Below the pieces are notes generated by a model. It did no database searches, was not told the DNA's origin, and saw only the letters and a list, made by a program, of their open reading frames with translations. From Rhodospirillaceae bacterium (GTDB lineage Bacteria > Pseudomonadota > Alphaproteobacteria > CACIAM-22H2), in the NCBI GenBank assembly GCA_027490975.1, contig JAIXXA010000038.1:28608-92607 (forward strand): a DNA stretch of 64,000 nt, given 5' to 3'. This document shows, one piece after another, positions 26,986-35,181 of the stretch (positions within the stretch are counted from its first letter, which is position 1; each line of letters opens with the position of its first letter). The position numbers were made by a program, and so were the translations under genes.

Positions 26986-27896
26986 TCCTCGAATATCTGC
27001 ATCCCGATCCGAATGTCTGGGACGGCTTCGCCGTGGTCGTGCGGGCGGGCTACTACGCGGCGTCGCTGGCGGCGGCGGGCACGGTTTTCTTCCTCGTGCT
27101 GCTCGGGCCTTCGCTGCTTGCCGACGAGCAACGGCGCGTGCGCCGATGGTTGGTCGCGTTGGTCCTGGCGGGCATCGTTGCGAGTTTGCTGGCATGGCCC
27201 GTGCGCGCGGCGATCTTGTCGCGCGACGGGTTCGACGGGTTGCTGCGCTTCGATCTTTACGCGGCCATCGGCCGCTCGCGGATCGGCGACGCGTTCTTCC
27301 TGCGGTTGGGCGGCCTTGCTTTGTGCCTTGCGGCCTTGTCGCGCCAATCTTGGGCGTTGCCGGTGGCCGCCATCGGCGCCTTCGTCGTGTGCGCGAGCTA
27401 CGCGGCGATGGGGCATTCGACGCTCTACATGCCGCGCCAGGAGCTTTCCGTCTTCACGACGGTCCATCTTGCCGCCGTCGCGTTTTGGATCGGATCGCTG
27501 GTGCCGCTGCGGATCGTGTGCGAACGCGCGGACAATGTCGCCATCGTGTCCGTGCTGGACGCGTTTTCGAAGATCGCGGTCGGTGCGATCGCGGTGCTCG
27601 CAAGCATCGGCGCGTTGGCGGCGTTCTATTTGATCGGGCGGTGGGATTTGCTGGCGGCCAGTTGGTACGGCTGGGCGTTTGTCGCCAAGATTTCCGTCTT
27701 TCTCGTCTTGTTGTCGATCGCGGCATGGAACAAAATTCGCCTCACGCCCGCGATTCGTTTGGGCGCGCCGGGTGCGCCCGCACGCCTGCGCTTTGCCATC
27801 GGCGTCGAGATTTGGGTGGCCGTGCTGGTGTTCTACGCGGCGGCCGAAATGGTCTCGGTCCATCCGCTCGATTACGGCCACCGCATCGCGAATTGA
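26982..27896 (+). CDS. copD: copper resistance protein CopD (multi-pass membrane)
   Basis: ORF 26901..27896 from the internal MILEYLHPDP. The ATG overlaps the copC stop (ATGA). About 8 TM segments are present. Confidence 0.85.
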   Translation: MILEYLHPDPNVWDGFAVVVRAGYYAASLAAAGTVFFLVLLGPSLLADEQRRVRRWLVALVLAGIVASLLAWPVRAAILSRDGFDGLLRFDLYAAIGRSRIGDAFFLRLGGLALCLAALSRQSWALPVAAIGAFVVCASYAAMGHSTLYMPRQELSVFTTVHLAAVAFWIGSLVPLRIVCERADNVAIVSVLDAFSKIAVGAIAVLASIGALAAFYLIGRWDLLAASWYGWAFVAKISVFLVLLSIAAWNKIRLTPAIRLGAPGAPARLRFAIGVEIWVAVLVFYAAAEMVSVHPLDYGHRIAN

Positions 27897-28113
27897 TTTT
27901 GCGGAAAGCGCTCGTTCCATCTTGTCGACGCCGAGCGACGATAGAGGCGGTTAGATCGATCTCAACAGCAGCGCGTTTGCCGCCAAGACCGCCGCAACAC
28001 TCGAGGCAAAAGCCGCCCAACTGTTGATCTTGCCGCTGCGATTCAACGCGTCGATCAATCTGTGTTGATCTACTCGAGACAGCCCGCCTGCGACGTGCCT
28101 CGACGATGGTCTG

Positions 28114-28491
28114 ATGCCATCCGACCGGCTTGCGCTGCTGAATGCCCGGGTTTTCTTTTGGGCGGACGCGGGCCGGCTGAAGCGCCTGCTGGAGGCGACG
28201 GCCAACCGCGAGTGCGCGCTCGACGTCTTGGTTGTCGATACGCTGGCCCTCGCGCGCGCTCATGCCGACCGGCTCGAGCTTTGCCCGATCAATTCGGGAA
28301 GCACGATTCACAAGCCAGCGCGCCGCGGGCGCGGGACCTTCACGCCGCTGCTGTCGATGGCGTATGCAGCGTGGTCGCAACGGCGCGGCAACCGCACACG
28401 CGACAAAATCGTCGAGGTCGCTGTCGTCGGCGGCGTGCCGGACATCGCGAGCTACATATTGGAGGTACGCACGATCCCCGCAGCTTGTTGA
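28114..28491 (+). pseudogene. probable N-terminally truncated remnant of a larger gene (C-terminal half resembles DUF7002-type proteins, from recollection)
   Basis: ORF 28114..28491 has good high-GC3 codon usage: LLNARVFFWADAGRLKRLL...LVVDTLALARAHADRLELCPINSGST...VEVAVVGGVPDI. The frame is closed by TGA at 28066..28068. No convincing N-terminal domain exists in any frame of the lower-GC 27.9-28.1 kb stretch. Confidence 0.4.
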
Positions 28492-28534
28492 CGGTTTCGA
28501 CCCGCCGCAATCCCGCTGGCACGCGCCGCACGCA

Positions 28535-29026
28535 TCATCGATGGTGGCGATGGCCGCCGAAGCCGTAGCCGAAGCCGAAAACCGGCGGCGGCGGATAGGG
28601 GCGCCAGCCATAAGGCTCGTAGTAGTAAGGCCGCGGGCCGTAATAGGGCTCGGGATAGACATAGACCACGCGCGGCGGCGGCGGGGCGGCGACGATCACG
28701 GGCGCCTCCTGCTGCGGCTCTTGCTGCACGAGTTTCCAGGTGCCGTCGGCCTGGCGGCAGGCCGTGCCGTAGGCTTGCTGTTGCGTGCCGCCGATCGTCA
28801 CGGTTTTGGTGAATTCGCGGCACACGGTGCCGCCGTTGGCGAAGGCGGGCTTGGGCACGATGGTTTCGAGCGTGCCGTTGTCCGGATTCTGCCATTGCGT
28901 GGCTGTGCCTGAGCGCGTCGTCTCGAGGGCGGCCTGTCCGGGCCCGTCGAGGATCTGCGCCGATGCGCAGGCCGGCAGCAAGCCCACGAGACCGAGAATG
29001 CGCAAAGCTTGACCGATACGCCGCAT
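28535..29026 (-). CDS. 17-kDa surface antigen-like (COG4520-type) secreted/lipoprotein with a Pro/Tyr/Gly-rich tail
   Basis: ORF 28535..29080 from the internal MRRIGQALRILGLVGLLPACASA (ATG 29026, GAGGAG upstream). It contains W.NPDNG...GTVCREFTKTVTIGG...GTACRQADGTWKLV. The tail reads PEPYYGPRPYYYEPYGWRPYPPPPVFGFGYGFGGHRHHR. Confidence 0.8.
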   Translation of the reverse strand: MRRIGQALRILGLVGLLPACASAQILDGPGQAALETTRSGTATQWQNPDNGTLETIVPKPAFANGGTVCREFTKTVTIGGTQQQAYGTACRQADGTWKLVQQEPQQEAPVIVAAPPPPRVVYVYPEPYYGPRPYYYEPYGWRPYPPPPVFGFGYGFGGHRHHR

Positions 29027-29206
29027 GTTCCGCTCCTCGAAGCCTCTCGTGCCCGACGGAAAGGTCGGCACATTATCCAACGCACGGTATAGGTAACTTG
29101 TTCCGCGCCAACGCTTCTGCAGCGTCGCTTGCCAGATTCCTAAAATTTGTGGTATTTATCGCTCGTTGGGCGAGAAACGCTCGGATTTTTGCGAGGACCG
29201 TCGAGA

Positions 29207-29413
29207 ATGTCGGGTCTTGGAGCAGTGGGCAACGGGGTCGGCGCCGGTTCGACCGGATCCGCCAAATACGATTTGGGCTACCAGGTCGGCGCGTTCGTTG
29301 CCGCTTTCAACAACCAGCAATGGACGCCGAAGAGCTTTTTCGACGGACCGCGCGTCAATGCGCCCGACCTCGTCGTGTTCGGCCAGGGCAAGACGTACGA
29401 TTTTTTCGCCTGA
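29207..29413 (+). CDS. hypothetical small protein (68 aa)
   Basis: Internal start of ORF 29147..29413 (MSGLGAVGNGVGAGSTGSAKYDLGYQV...). GAGGA lies upstream and codon usage is plausible. An AT-rich promoter-like stretch lies at 29129..29158. No family is recognised. Confidence 0.35.
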   Translation: MSGLGAVGNGVGAGSTGSAKYDLGYQVGAFVAAFNNQQWTPKSFFDGPRVNAPDLVVFGQGKTYDFFA

Positions 29414-29536
29414 CGCGGGTTGGTTATTTTTTCCACAATGATGCCGCAATTGCGCGCGGAATAGCGCAGCCCTCTCGCGCTTTGTCCTTGCGACGACGGC
29501 ATCGTGCCGTCGCCCGACACGAAGCGGAGACATCCC

Positions 29537-29764
29537 ATGAAGAAATTTGCGGCTCTTGCCATCGCCCTCGCCCTGGCCGTTCCGGCGGCCGCGTTCGCGC
29601 AGACGACCCCGACCGCGCAGCCGACGGCCAAGCCCGCCGTCGCAGCCCCCGCGGCCGTCCCGTCGGTTGCGCAGGCGGCGCCGAAAGCCGGCGAAGCCAA
29701 GAAGACCGAAACGGGCACCCACACGGGCACGCCCGCCGCCAAGGAACAGCCGAAAAAGAACTAA
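29537..29764 (+). CDS. hypothetical small secreted Ala/Pro/Thr-rich protein (75 aa)
   Basis: ORF 29504..29764 from MKKFAALAIALALAVPAAAFA (signal peptide). GGAGA lies 6 nt upstream. A 7-bp hairpin TGCAATC-TTCG-GATTGCA lies downstream at 29790..29807. Confidence 0.55.
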   Translation: MKKFAALAIALALAVPAAAFAQTTPTAQPTAKPAVAAPAAVPSVAQAAPKAGEAKKTETGTHTGTPAAKEQPKKN

Positions 29765-29949
29765 GCTTCCGGCTGTGTTCCCGCTGCGCTGCAATCTTCG
29801 GATTGCACGCGGCGGGGATAGCCCTACCGAGGCTGCGGCCAATCGGTAAACCGCTACCACGATTTGCGTGCGCTGCAAAAATTCGCGTTTGCTGCGCTTG
29901 CACAATTGTGCGGAACGCGCCTAACTGTTTCCCATGCGGTGCCTGCTGA

Positions 29950-31140
29950 ATGAAGCGGCGCCAACCGAAATCGGCATGGGGGCAGGGGAAAATGGCGCAA
30001 CGTCTTATCGGTGCGGTCGCAGTCGCTGCGGCTTTGATGGTGGCGCAGGCCGCCTTGGCGCCGGCCGCAATGGCGCAGGGCGGGCCGCCGCAAGCCCCGC
30101 CGGTCACGGTCGCCAAACCCGTCGTCAAGGAAATCGTCGAGCAGGACGACTATACCGGCCGCTTCGAAGCGGCCGATGCGGTCGAGCTGCGCGCGCGCGT
30201 GTCGGGATATCTCGAGGCGGTGCGATTCCGCGACGGCCAGATCGTGCGCGAAGGCGATCTTCTGTTCGTGATCGACAAGCGCCTCTACCAGTCGACGCTC
30301 GCGCGCACGACGGCCGCCGTCAACGCCGCCCAGACGCGGCTCGATTTCGCGCGGCTCGATTTCGAACGCTTCGAACGTCTGGCGCGCAGCGGGACCGCGC
30401 CCGAACGGCAGCTCGAACAGACGCGCCAGACCTTCCAGCAGGCGCAGGCCGACATCGCGGCACTGCGCGCCGACCAGGAAACGGCACGCCTCAATCTCGG
30501 TTTCACCGAAATCCGCAGCCCGCTCTCCGGCCGCATCGGCCGCAAGCTCGTCTCGGAAGGCAATCTCGTGACGGCCGACCAGACGCTGCTGGCCACGGTC
30601 GTGTCGATCGATCCGATCTACCTCAATTTCGACATCGACGAACGTTCCTACATCGCCTACACGCGGCGCGTGCAGGCAGGCGAACAGCAATCGGGCCGGG
30701 CAGGGGCGGGGTTCGACGTGCGCGCAGGCCTGCTCGACGAGCGCGACATGCCGCGCATCGGGCGGCTCGAGTTCCTCGACAACCGCATCGACCCGGCCAG
30801 CGGCACGATGCGCGCGCGCGCCACCTTCCCCAACAAAGACGGGCTGCTCACGCCGGGCCTGTTCGGGCGCGTGCAGGTGCCGGGCTCGAACCCCTACAAG
30901 GCCGTGCTGATCCCCGAGGAGGCGATCGGCGCGGACCAGGACCGCCGCTTCGTGTGGGTGGTGGCCGACGACGGAACGGTCGCGATCCGGCTGATCCGCC
31001 CCGGCCCGCGCATCGACGGCTACCGCATCGTGCGCACGGGCCTCGACGGCAGCGAACGCATCGTCGTGGTGGGGCTGCAGCGCGTGCGCCCCGGCGGGCG
31101 CGTGACGGCGCAGACGATCGAACTTCCGCTTTCTCGTTAA
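29950..31140 (+). CDS. RND efflux periplasmic adaptor (membrane fusion protein)
   Basis: ORF 29950..31140: YTGRFEAADAVELRARVSGYL...DGQIVREGDLLFVIDKR...LGFTEIRSPLSGRIG. The start could instead be the internal MAQRLIG at 29992. Confidence 0.9.
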   Translation: MKRRQPKSAWGQGKMAQRLIGAVAVAAALMVAQAALAPAAMAQGGPPQAPPVTVAKPVVKEIVEQDDYTGRFEAADAVELRARVSGYLEAVRFRDGQIVREGDLLFVIDKRLYQSTLARTTAAVNAAQTRLDFARLDFERFERLARSGTAPERQLEQTRQTFQQAQADIAALRADQETARLNLGFTEIRSPLSGRIGRKLVSEGNLVTADQTLLATVVSIDPIYLNFDIDERSYIAYTRRVQAGEQQSGRAGAGFDVRAGLLDERDMPRIGRLEFLDNRIDPASGTMRARATFPNKDGLLTPGLFGRVQVPGSNPYKAVLIPEEAIGADQDRRFVWVVADDGTVAIRLIRPGPRIDGYRIVRTGLDGSERIVVVGLQRVRPGGRVTAQTIELPLSR

Positions 31141-31183
31141 GCGTCTGGCGCGCTAAGCGCCCGCATCAAAGGACATACGCGTC

Positions 31184-34100
31184 ATGCGCTTTACGCATTT
31201 TTTCGTCGACCATCCGATCTTCGCCTCGGTGCTGTCGATCGTGATGGTCATTCTGGGCGCCGTCGCGTTCACGGCGCTGCCGGTGACCGAGTATCCGGAA
31301 ATCGCGCCGCCCACCATCGTGGTGCGCGCCGCCTATCCGGGGGCCGACGCCCAGACCGTCGCCGCCACGGTCGCAACCCCGCTCGAGCAGGAAATCAACG
31401 GCGTGGAAGACATGATCTACATGTCGTCCTACGCCACCGCCGACGGCTCGATGGCGCTCACCATCACCTTCAAGGCCGGCACCAATCTCGACCAGGCAAG
31501 CGTGCTCGTGCAGAACCGCGTGTCGATCGCCACTCCGCGTTTGCCCGAAGAAGTGCGCCGCCTCGGCATCACGACGCAGAAAAGCTCGCCCAACCTCATG
31601 ATGGTCGTGCACATGCTTTCGCCCGACGAAAGCTACGACCAGCTCTACATTTCGAACTACGCGCTTCTGCGCGTGCGCGACCAGCTCCTGCGCATCGAGG
31701 GCGTGGGCGATCTCATCGTGTTCGGCGCGCGCGAGTACGCCGTGCGGATCTGGATGGATCCCGACAAGCTCGCGGGCTACGGCCTGTCGGCGGGCGACGT
31801 GGTGCGTGCGTTGCGCGAGCAGAACGTGCAGGTCTCCGGCGGCTCGCTCGGCACGCCGCCGGCCGACGCCAACACCGCCTTCCAGATCGCCGTCACGACG
31901 CAAGGCCGCTTCGAGGATCTGCGCCAGTTCCGCGACGTGATCGTGCGCAATTCGGGCGACGGTCGCCTCGTGCGCGTGGGCGACGTGGCACGCCTCGAAC
32001 TCGGCGCCAAAGACTACGTGACCAACTCGTATCTGAACGGAAAACCCGCCGTGGCGCTGGCGATCTTCCAGCGCCCCGGCTCGAACGCGCTTGCCACCGC
32101 CAACGCGATCCGCGCGCGCATGGTCGAATTGCAGCGCGACTTCCCGGTCGGCGTCGTGCATCAGGTCGTCTACAATCCGACCGAATTCATCCAAGAGTCG
32201 ATTTCGGCGGTCTACGCGACGCTGATCGAGGCCATCGTTCTTGTGGCGCTCGTGGTGCTCGTGTTCCTGCAGAGCTGGCGGGCCGCCCTCATTCCCATCC
32301 TGGCGATCCCGGTGTCGCTGATCGGCACGTTCGTGGTGCTGCTCGAATTCGGCTTCTCGCTGAACGTGCTCACGCTGTTCGGCATGGTGCTGGCGATCGG
32401 CATCGTCGTCGACGACGCGATCGTGGTGGTCGAAAACGTCGAGCGCAACATCGCCAACGGCATGAGTCCGCGCGATGCCGCGCACGAAACCATGGACGAG
32501 GTGGGCACGGCCGTCATCGCGATTTCGATCGTGCTGTGCGCCGTCTTCATCCCGTCGGCCTTCGTGCCGGGCCTGCAGGGCCAGTTCTACCGCCAGTTCG
32601 CGGCCACGATCGCAGTTGCGACCGTGCTGTCGGCCTTCAACTCGCTGACGCTGTCGCCCGCCCTTGCGGCGATCCTTTTGAAGCCGCACGATCCGCACCA
32701 CGCGCCCAAGAACCCGATTGCCCGGCTCGGCAGCGGCTTTGCCTCGATCTTCAATCGCGGCTTCGACAAGTTGGGCCACGGCTACGCGGCGGTTTCAGGC
32801 GTGCTCGTGCGGCGCAAGGCGCTGATGCTTTTGGTCTATGCCGGCCTCGGCGGGGCCACCGTGTGGATCGGTTCGGCGGTGCCGACGGGTTTCATCCCGC
32901 CGCTCGACCGCGGCTACGCGATCGTGGCGATCCAGCTGCCCGACGGCGCATCGCTCGAGCGCACGGACGCCGTCGTCAAGCGCGCAATGGACATCATGCA
33001 GGCAACCCCCGGCGTCAAAGACGCGGTGGCGTTTGCCGGTTTCTCGGGTGCCACCTTCACCAATGCGCCCAACGCGGCCGTGATCTTCGCCGGCTTCAAG
33101 CCGTTTTCCGAACGGGGACCTGCCGGGCTCACGTCCGACGCCATCGTGGGCCAGCTGTTTGGCCGCATGCAGCAGATCCAAGAGGCGTTCATCATTGCGA
33201 TCGCACCGCCCTCGGTGCCGGGCATCGGTTCGCTGGGCGGGGTCAAGCTGCAGCTCCAGGACCGCACCGGCAACGACGTGGTGCGCGTGCTGGGTGCTGC
33301 CAACCAGCTCATCGGGCAATTGCGCCAGACGCCGGGCCTTGTCGGCGTGTTCACCTCGTTCTCGGCCAGCACGCCGCAGATCTATCTCGATATCGACCGC
33401 ACCAAGGCGCAGATCCTGAACGTGCCGATCGGCAACATCTTCGAGACGCTGCAGTTCAATCTCGGCACGGCCTACGTCAACGACTTCAACGCGTTCGGCC
33501 GCGTCTACCAGGTGCGCGCCCAGGCCGACCGCGAATTCCGCCTCACGACGGACGACATCGCGCGCCTGCGCGTGCGCTCGGCGACCGGTGCTTTGGTGCC
33601 GCTCGGCACGCTCGTCGAGATTCGCGACACGACCGGCGCGGACCTCGTGCAGCGCTACAACGCGTTCGTGTCGATCCCGATCCAGGCGGCGGCGGGCCCC
33701 GGCGTCACTTCGAGCCAGGCGATCGCGCTCATCGAGAAAGTGGCGGCCGAAACGCTGCCCGCCGGTATCGGTCTCGAATGGACCGAGCTTGCCTACCAGG
33801 AGAAACTCACCGGCAACACGGCGACGTACATCTTCATTCTCGCCGTCGTGTTCGTGTTCCTGGCCCTCGCCGCCCAGTACGAAAGCTGGGGCATGCCGTT
33901 CTCGATCGTGCTGATCGTGCCGATGAGCGTGCTGTCGGCCCTGGCCGGCGTGATGATCCGCGGGCTCGACAACAACATCCTCGTGCAGGTGGGTCTCATC
34001 GTGCTGGTGGGCTTGGCGGCCAAAAACGCGATTCTGATCGTCGAGTTCGCGCGCCAGATCGAAAACGAAGGCAAAGACGCCGTCGAAGCCGTGGTCGAGG

Positions 34101-34342
34101 CGTGCCGCCTGCGGCTGCGGCCCATTCTGATGACGGCGTTCGCCTTCATCCTGGGCGTGGTTCCGCTCGTCACGGCAACCGGGCCGGGTGCCGAAATGCG
34201 CCAGTCGCTGGGCACGGCCGTTTTCGCCGGCATGCTCGGCGTCACGATTTTCGGCCTGTTCCTGACGCCGGTTTTCTACGTCGTCGTGCGGGGCATGTCG
34301 CGCAAACGCAAAGCGATTGCCGCGGCCGCACCGCAGAAATGA
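31184..34342 (+). CDS. RND multidrug efflux permease (AcrB/MexF family)
   Basis: ORF 31184..34342, 1052 aa: MRFTHFFVDHPIFASVLSIVMVILG...GIVVDDAIVVVENVERN, with 12-TM architecture. Confidence 0.95.
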   Translation: MRFTHFFVDHPIFASVLSIVMVILGAVAFTALPVTEYPEIAPPTIVVRAAYPGADAQTVAATVATPLEQEINGVEDMIYMSSYATADGSMALTITFKAGTNLDQASVLVQNRVSIATPRLPEEVRRLGITTQKSSPNLMMVVHMLSPDESYDQLYISNYALLRVRDQLLRIEGVGDLIVFGAREYAVRIWMDPDKLAGYGLSAGDVVRALREQNVQVSGGSLGTPPADANTAFQIAVTTQGRFEDLRQFRDVIVRNSGDGRLVRVGDVARLELGAKDYVTNSYLNGKPAVALAIFQRPGSNALATANAIRARMVELQRDFPVGVVHQVVYNPTEFIQESISAVYATLIEAIVLVALVVLVFLQSWRAALIPILAIPVSLIGTFVVLLEFGFSLNVLTLFGMVLAIGIVVDDAIVVVENVERNIANGMSPRDAAHETMDEVGTAVIAISIVLCAVFIPSAFVPGLQGQFYRQFAATIAVATVLSAFNSLTLSPALAAILLKPHDPHHAPKNPIARLGSGFASIFNRGFDKLGHGYAAVSGVLVRRKALMLLVYAGLGGATVWIGSAVPTGFIPPLDRGYAIVAIQLPDGASLERTDAVVKRAMDIMQATPGVKDAVAFAGFSGATFTNAPNAAVIFAGFKPFSERGPAGLTSDAIVGQLFGRMQQIQEAFIIAIAPPSVPGIGSLGGVKLQLQDRTGNDVVRVLGAANQLIGQLRQTPGLVGVFTSFSASTPQIYLDIDRTKAQILNVPIGNIFETLQFNLGTAYVNDFNAFGRVYQVRAQADREFRLTTDDIARLRVRSATGALVPLGTLVEIRDTTGADLVQRYNAFVSIPIQAAAGPGVTSSQAIALIEKVAAETLPAGIGLEWTELAYQEKLTGNTATYIFILAVVFVFLALAAQYESWGMPFSIVLIVPMSVLSALAGVMIRGLDNNILVQVGLIVLVGLAAKNAILIVEFARQIENEGKDAVEAVVEACRLRLRPILMTAFAFILGVVPLVTATGPGAEMRQSLGTAVFAGMLGVTIFGLFLTPVFYVVVRGMSRKRKAIAAAAPQK

Positions 34343-34429
34343 CGGTTCTCAGCGGGGCGATTGCACGGCTCGGCGCGATGGGCTATCGAAGGGGATTGTC
34401 CGCAACCGCCGTGAGCTGATTACACCCGT

Positions 34430-34795
34430 ATGGCCAGCGAGTACCGGTGCATCCTTTTCCCCTGGCGGGACATTCGCGAAGCGCTGGTCTCGTTCCAGCG
34501 TCGGCGCGGCGTGGCCGTTCCGGTGCGCGAACCCGACGCGTTTGTCGTCGATCCGAACAAAATCGACATCGAACTTACCTACGAAGGCACGCCGCGGCCG
34601 CAGATTTTCCGCTTCGACCGCGAGACCATTGCCGCCGCGCTGATCCTGCTGTGCAAGGATCGCAGCGTACGCCTGCCGCTCAAATCCAAAAAGCAGGTCT
34701 ATCTGATCGACACGCGGCTCGCGCTGATGGTGCATATTGCGGGGCCCGAAACCGAAGAGTTTCTGGCTTTCGAACTCGTCAAGCACGTCGCATGA
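34430..34795 (+). CDS. hypothetical protein, paralog A of a tandem pair
   Basis: ORF 34430..34795 (MASEYRCILFPWRDIREALVSF...ETIAAALILLCKDRSVRLPLKSKK...). It is homologous to the next ORF. No family is recognised. Confidence 0.65.
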   Translation: MASEYRCILFPWRDIREALVSFQRRRGVAVPVREPDAFVVDPNKIDIELTYEGTPRPQIFRFDRETIAAALILLCKDRSVRLPLKSKKQVYLIDTRLALMVHIAGPETEEFLAFELVKHVA

Positions 34796-35181
34796 AAAAG
34801 AAATCCGCTCTGCCCGACGGCATGTCCGAATATCGGCTCATCTTTTTCCGCGAAAGCGAAATGGTGCAGGCGATCGGCGCGTTCGTGCGGCTGCAGAAGA
34901 AGCCGCTGCCCGTCGGCATGATCACGCGCATGGTGTTCGACGAAAGCGATTTCTCGATGACGCTGCACCTGGAGCGCGATTCCGGCGGCAAGGTCGAGCG
35001 CAGCTTCAAACAGTCGGAGATCGCGGCCGCCCTCATCGGCTACTGCAAGAATGCGCGCATTCCCTTGCCGCGTTCGGGCAACAAGGAGCTGCGCATCATC
35101 TCGAATCGGCCGGCTTTCCTCATACGCGAACACGGCAGCGGCCTCGATCTCGACGACGCGCTGGTCGATTTCCGGGATTGA
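34792..35181 (+). CDS. hypothetical protein, paralog B of a tandem pair
   Basis: Tail of ORF 34447..35181 from MKKKSALPDGMSEYRLIFFRESEMVQAIGAF...SEIAAALIGYCKNARIPLPRSGNK. The ATG overlaps the paralog A stop (ATGA). An alternative start is MSEYR at 34822. Confidence 0.65.
   Translation: MKKKSALPDGMSEYRLIFFRESEMVQAIGAFVRLQKKPLPVGMITRMVFDESDFSMTLHLERDSGGKVERSFKQSEIAAALIGYCKNARIPLPRSGNKELRIISNRPAFLIREHGSGLDLDDALVDFRD

Noticed and set aside
27951-28060. Possible ~34-aa hydrophobic peptide on the minus strand (TTG start, IDALNRSGKINSWAAFASSVAAVLAANALLLRSI), reminiscent of a type I toxin
   Set aside because: It has no ATG or GTG start and no ribosome-binding site. It uses many rare codons (AGA, AGT, TTG), and nothing like an antitoxin RNA is discernible. 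It is most likely a chance frame in a lower-GC non-coding stretch.
26497-29080. Calling the tRNA-Arg-adjacent segment a bona fide genomic island or mobile element
   Set aside because: No integrase, transposase or recombinase gene is present, and I could find no direct repeat of the tRNA 3' end by eye. It is kept only as a low-confidence hypothesis in the findings.
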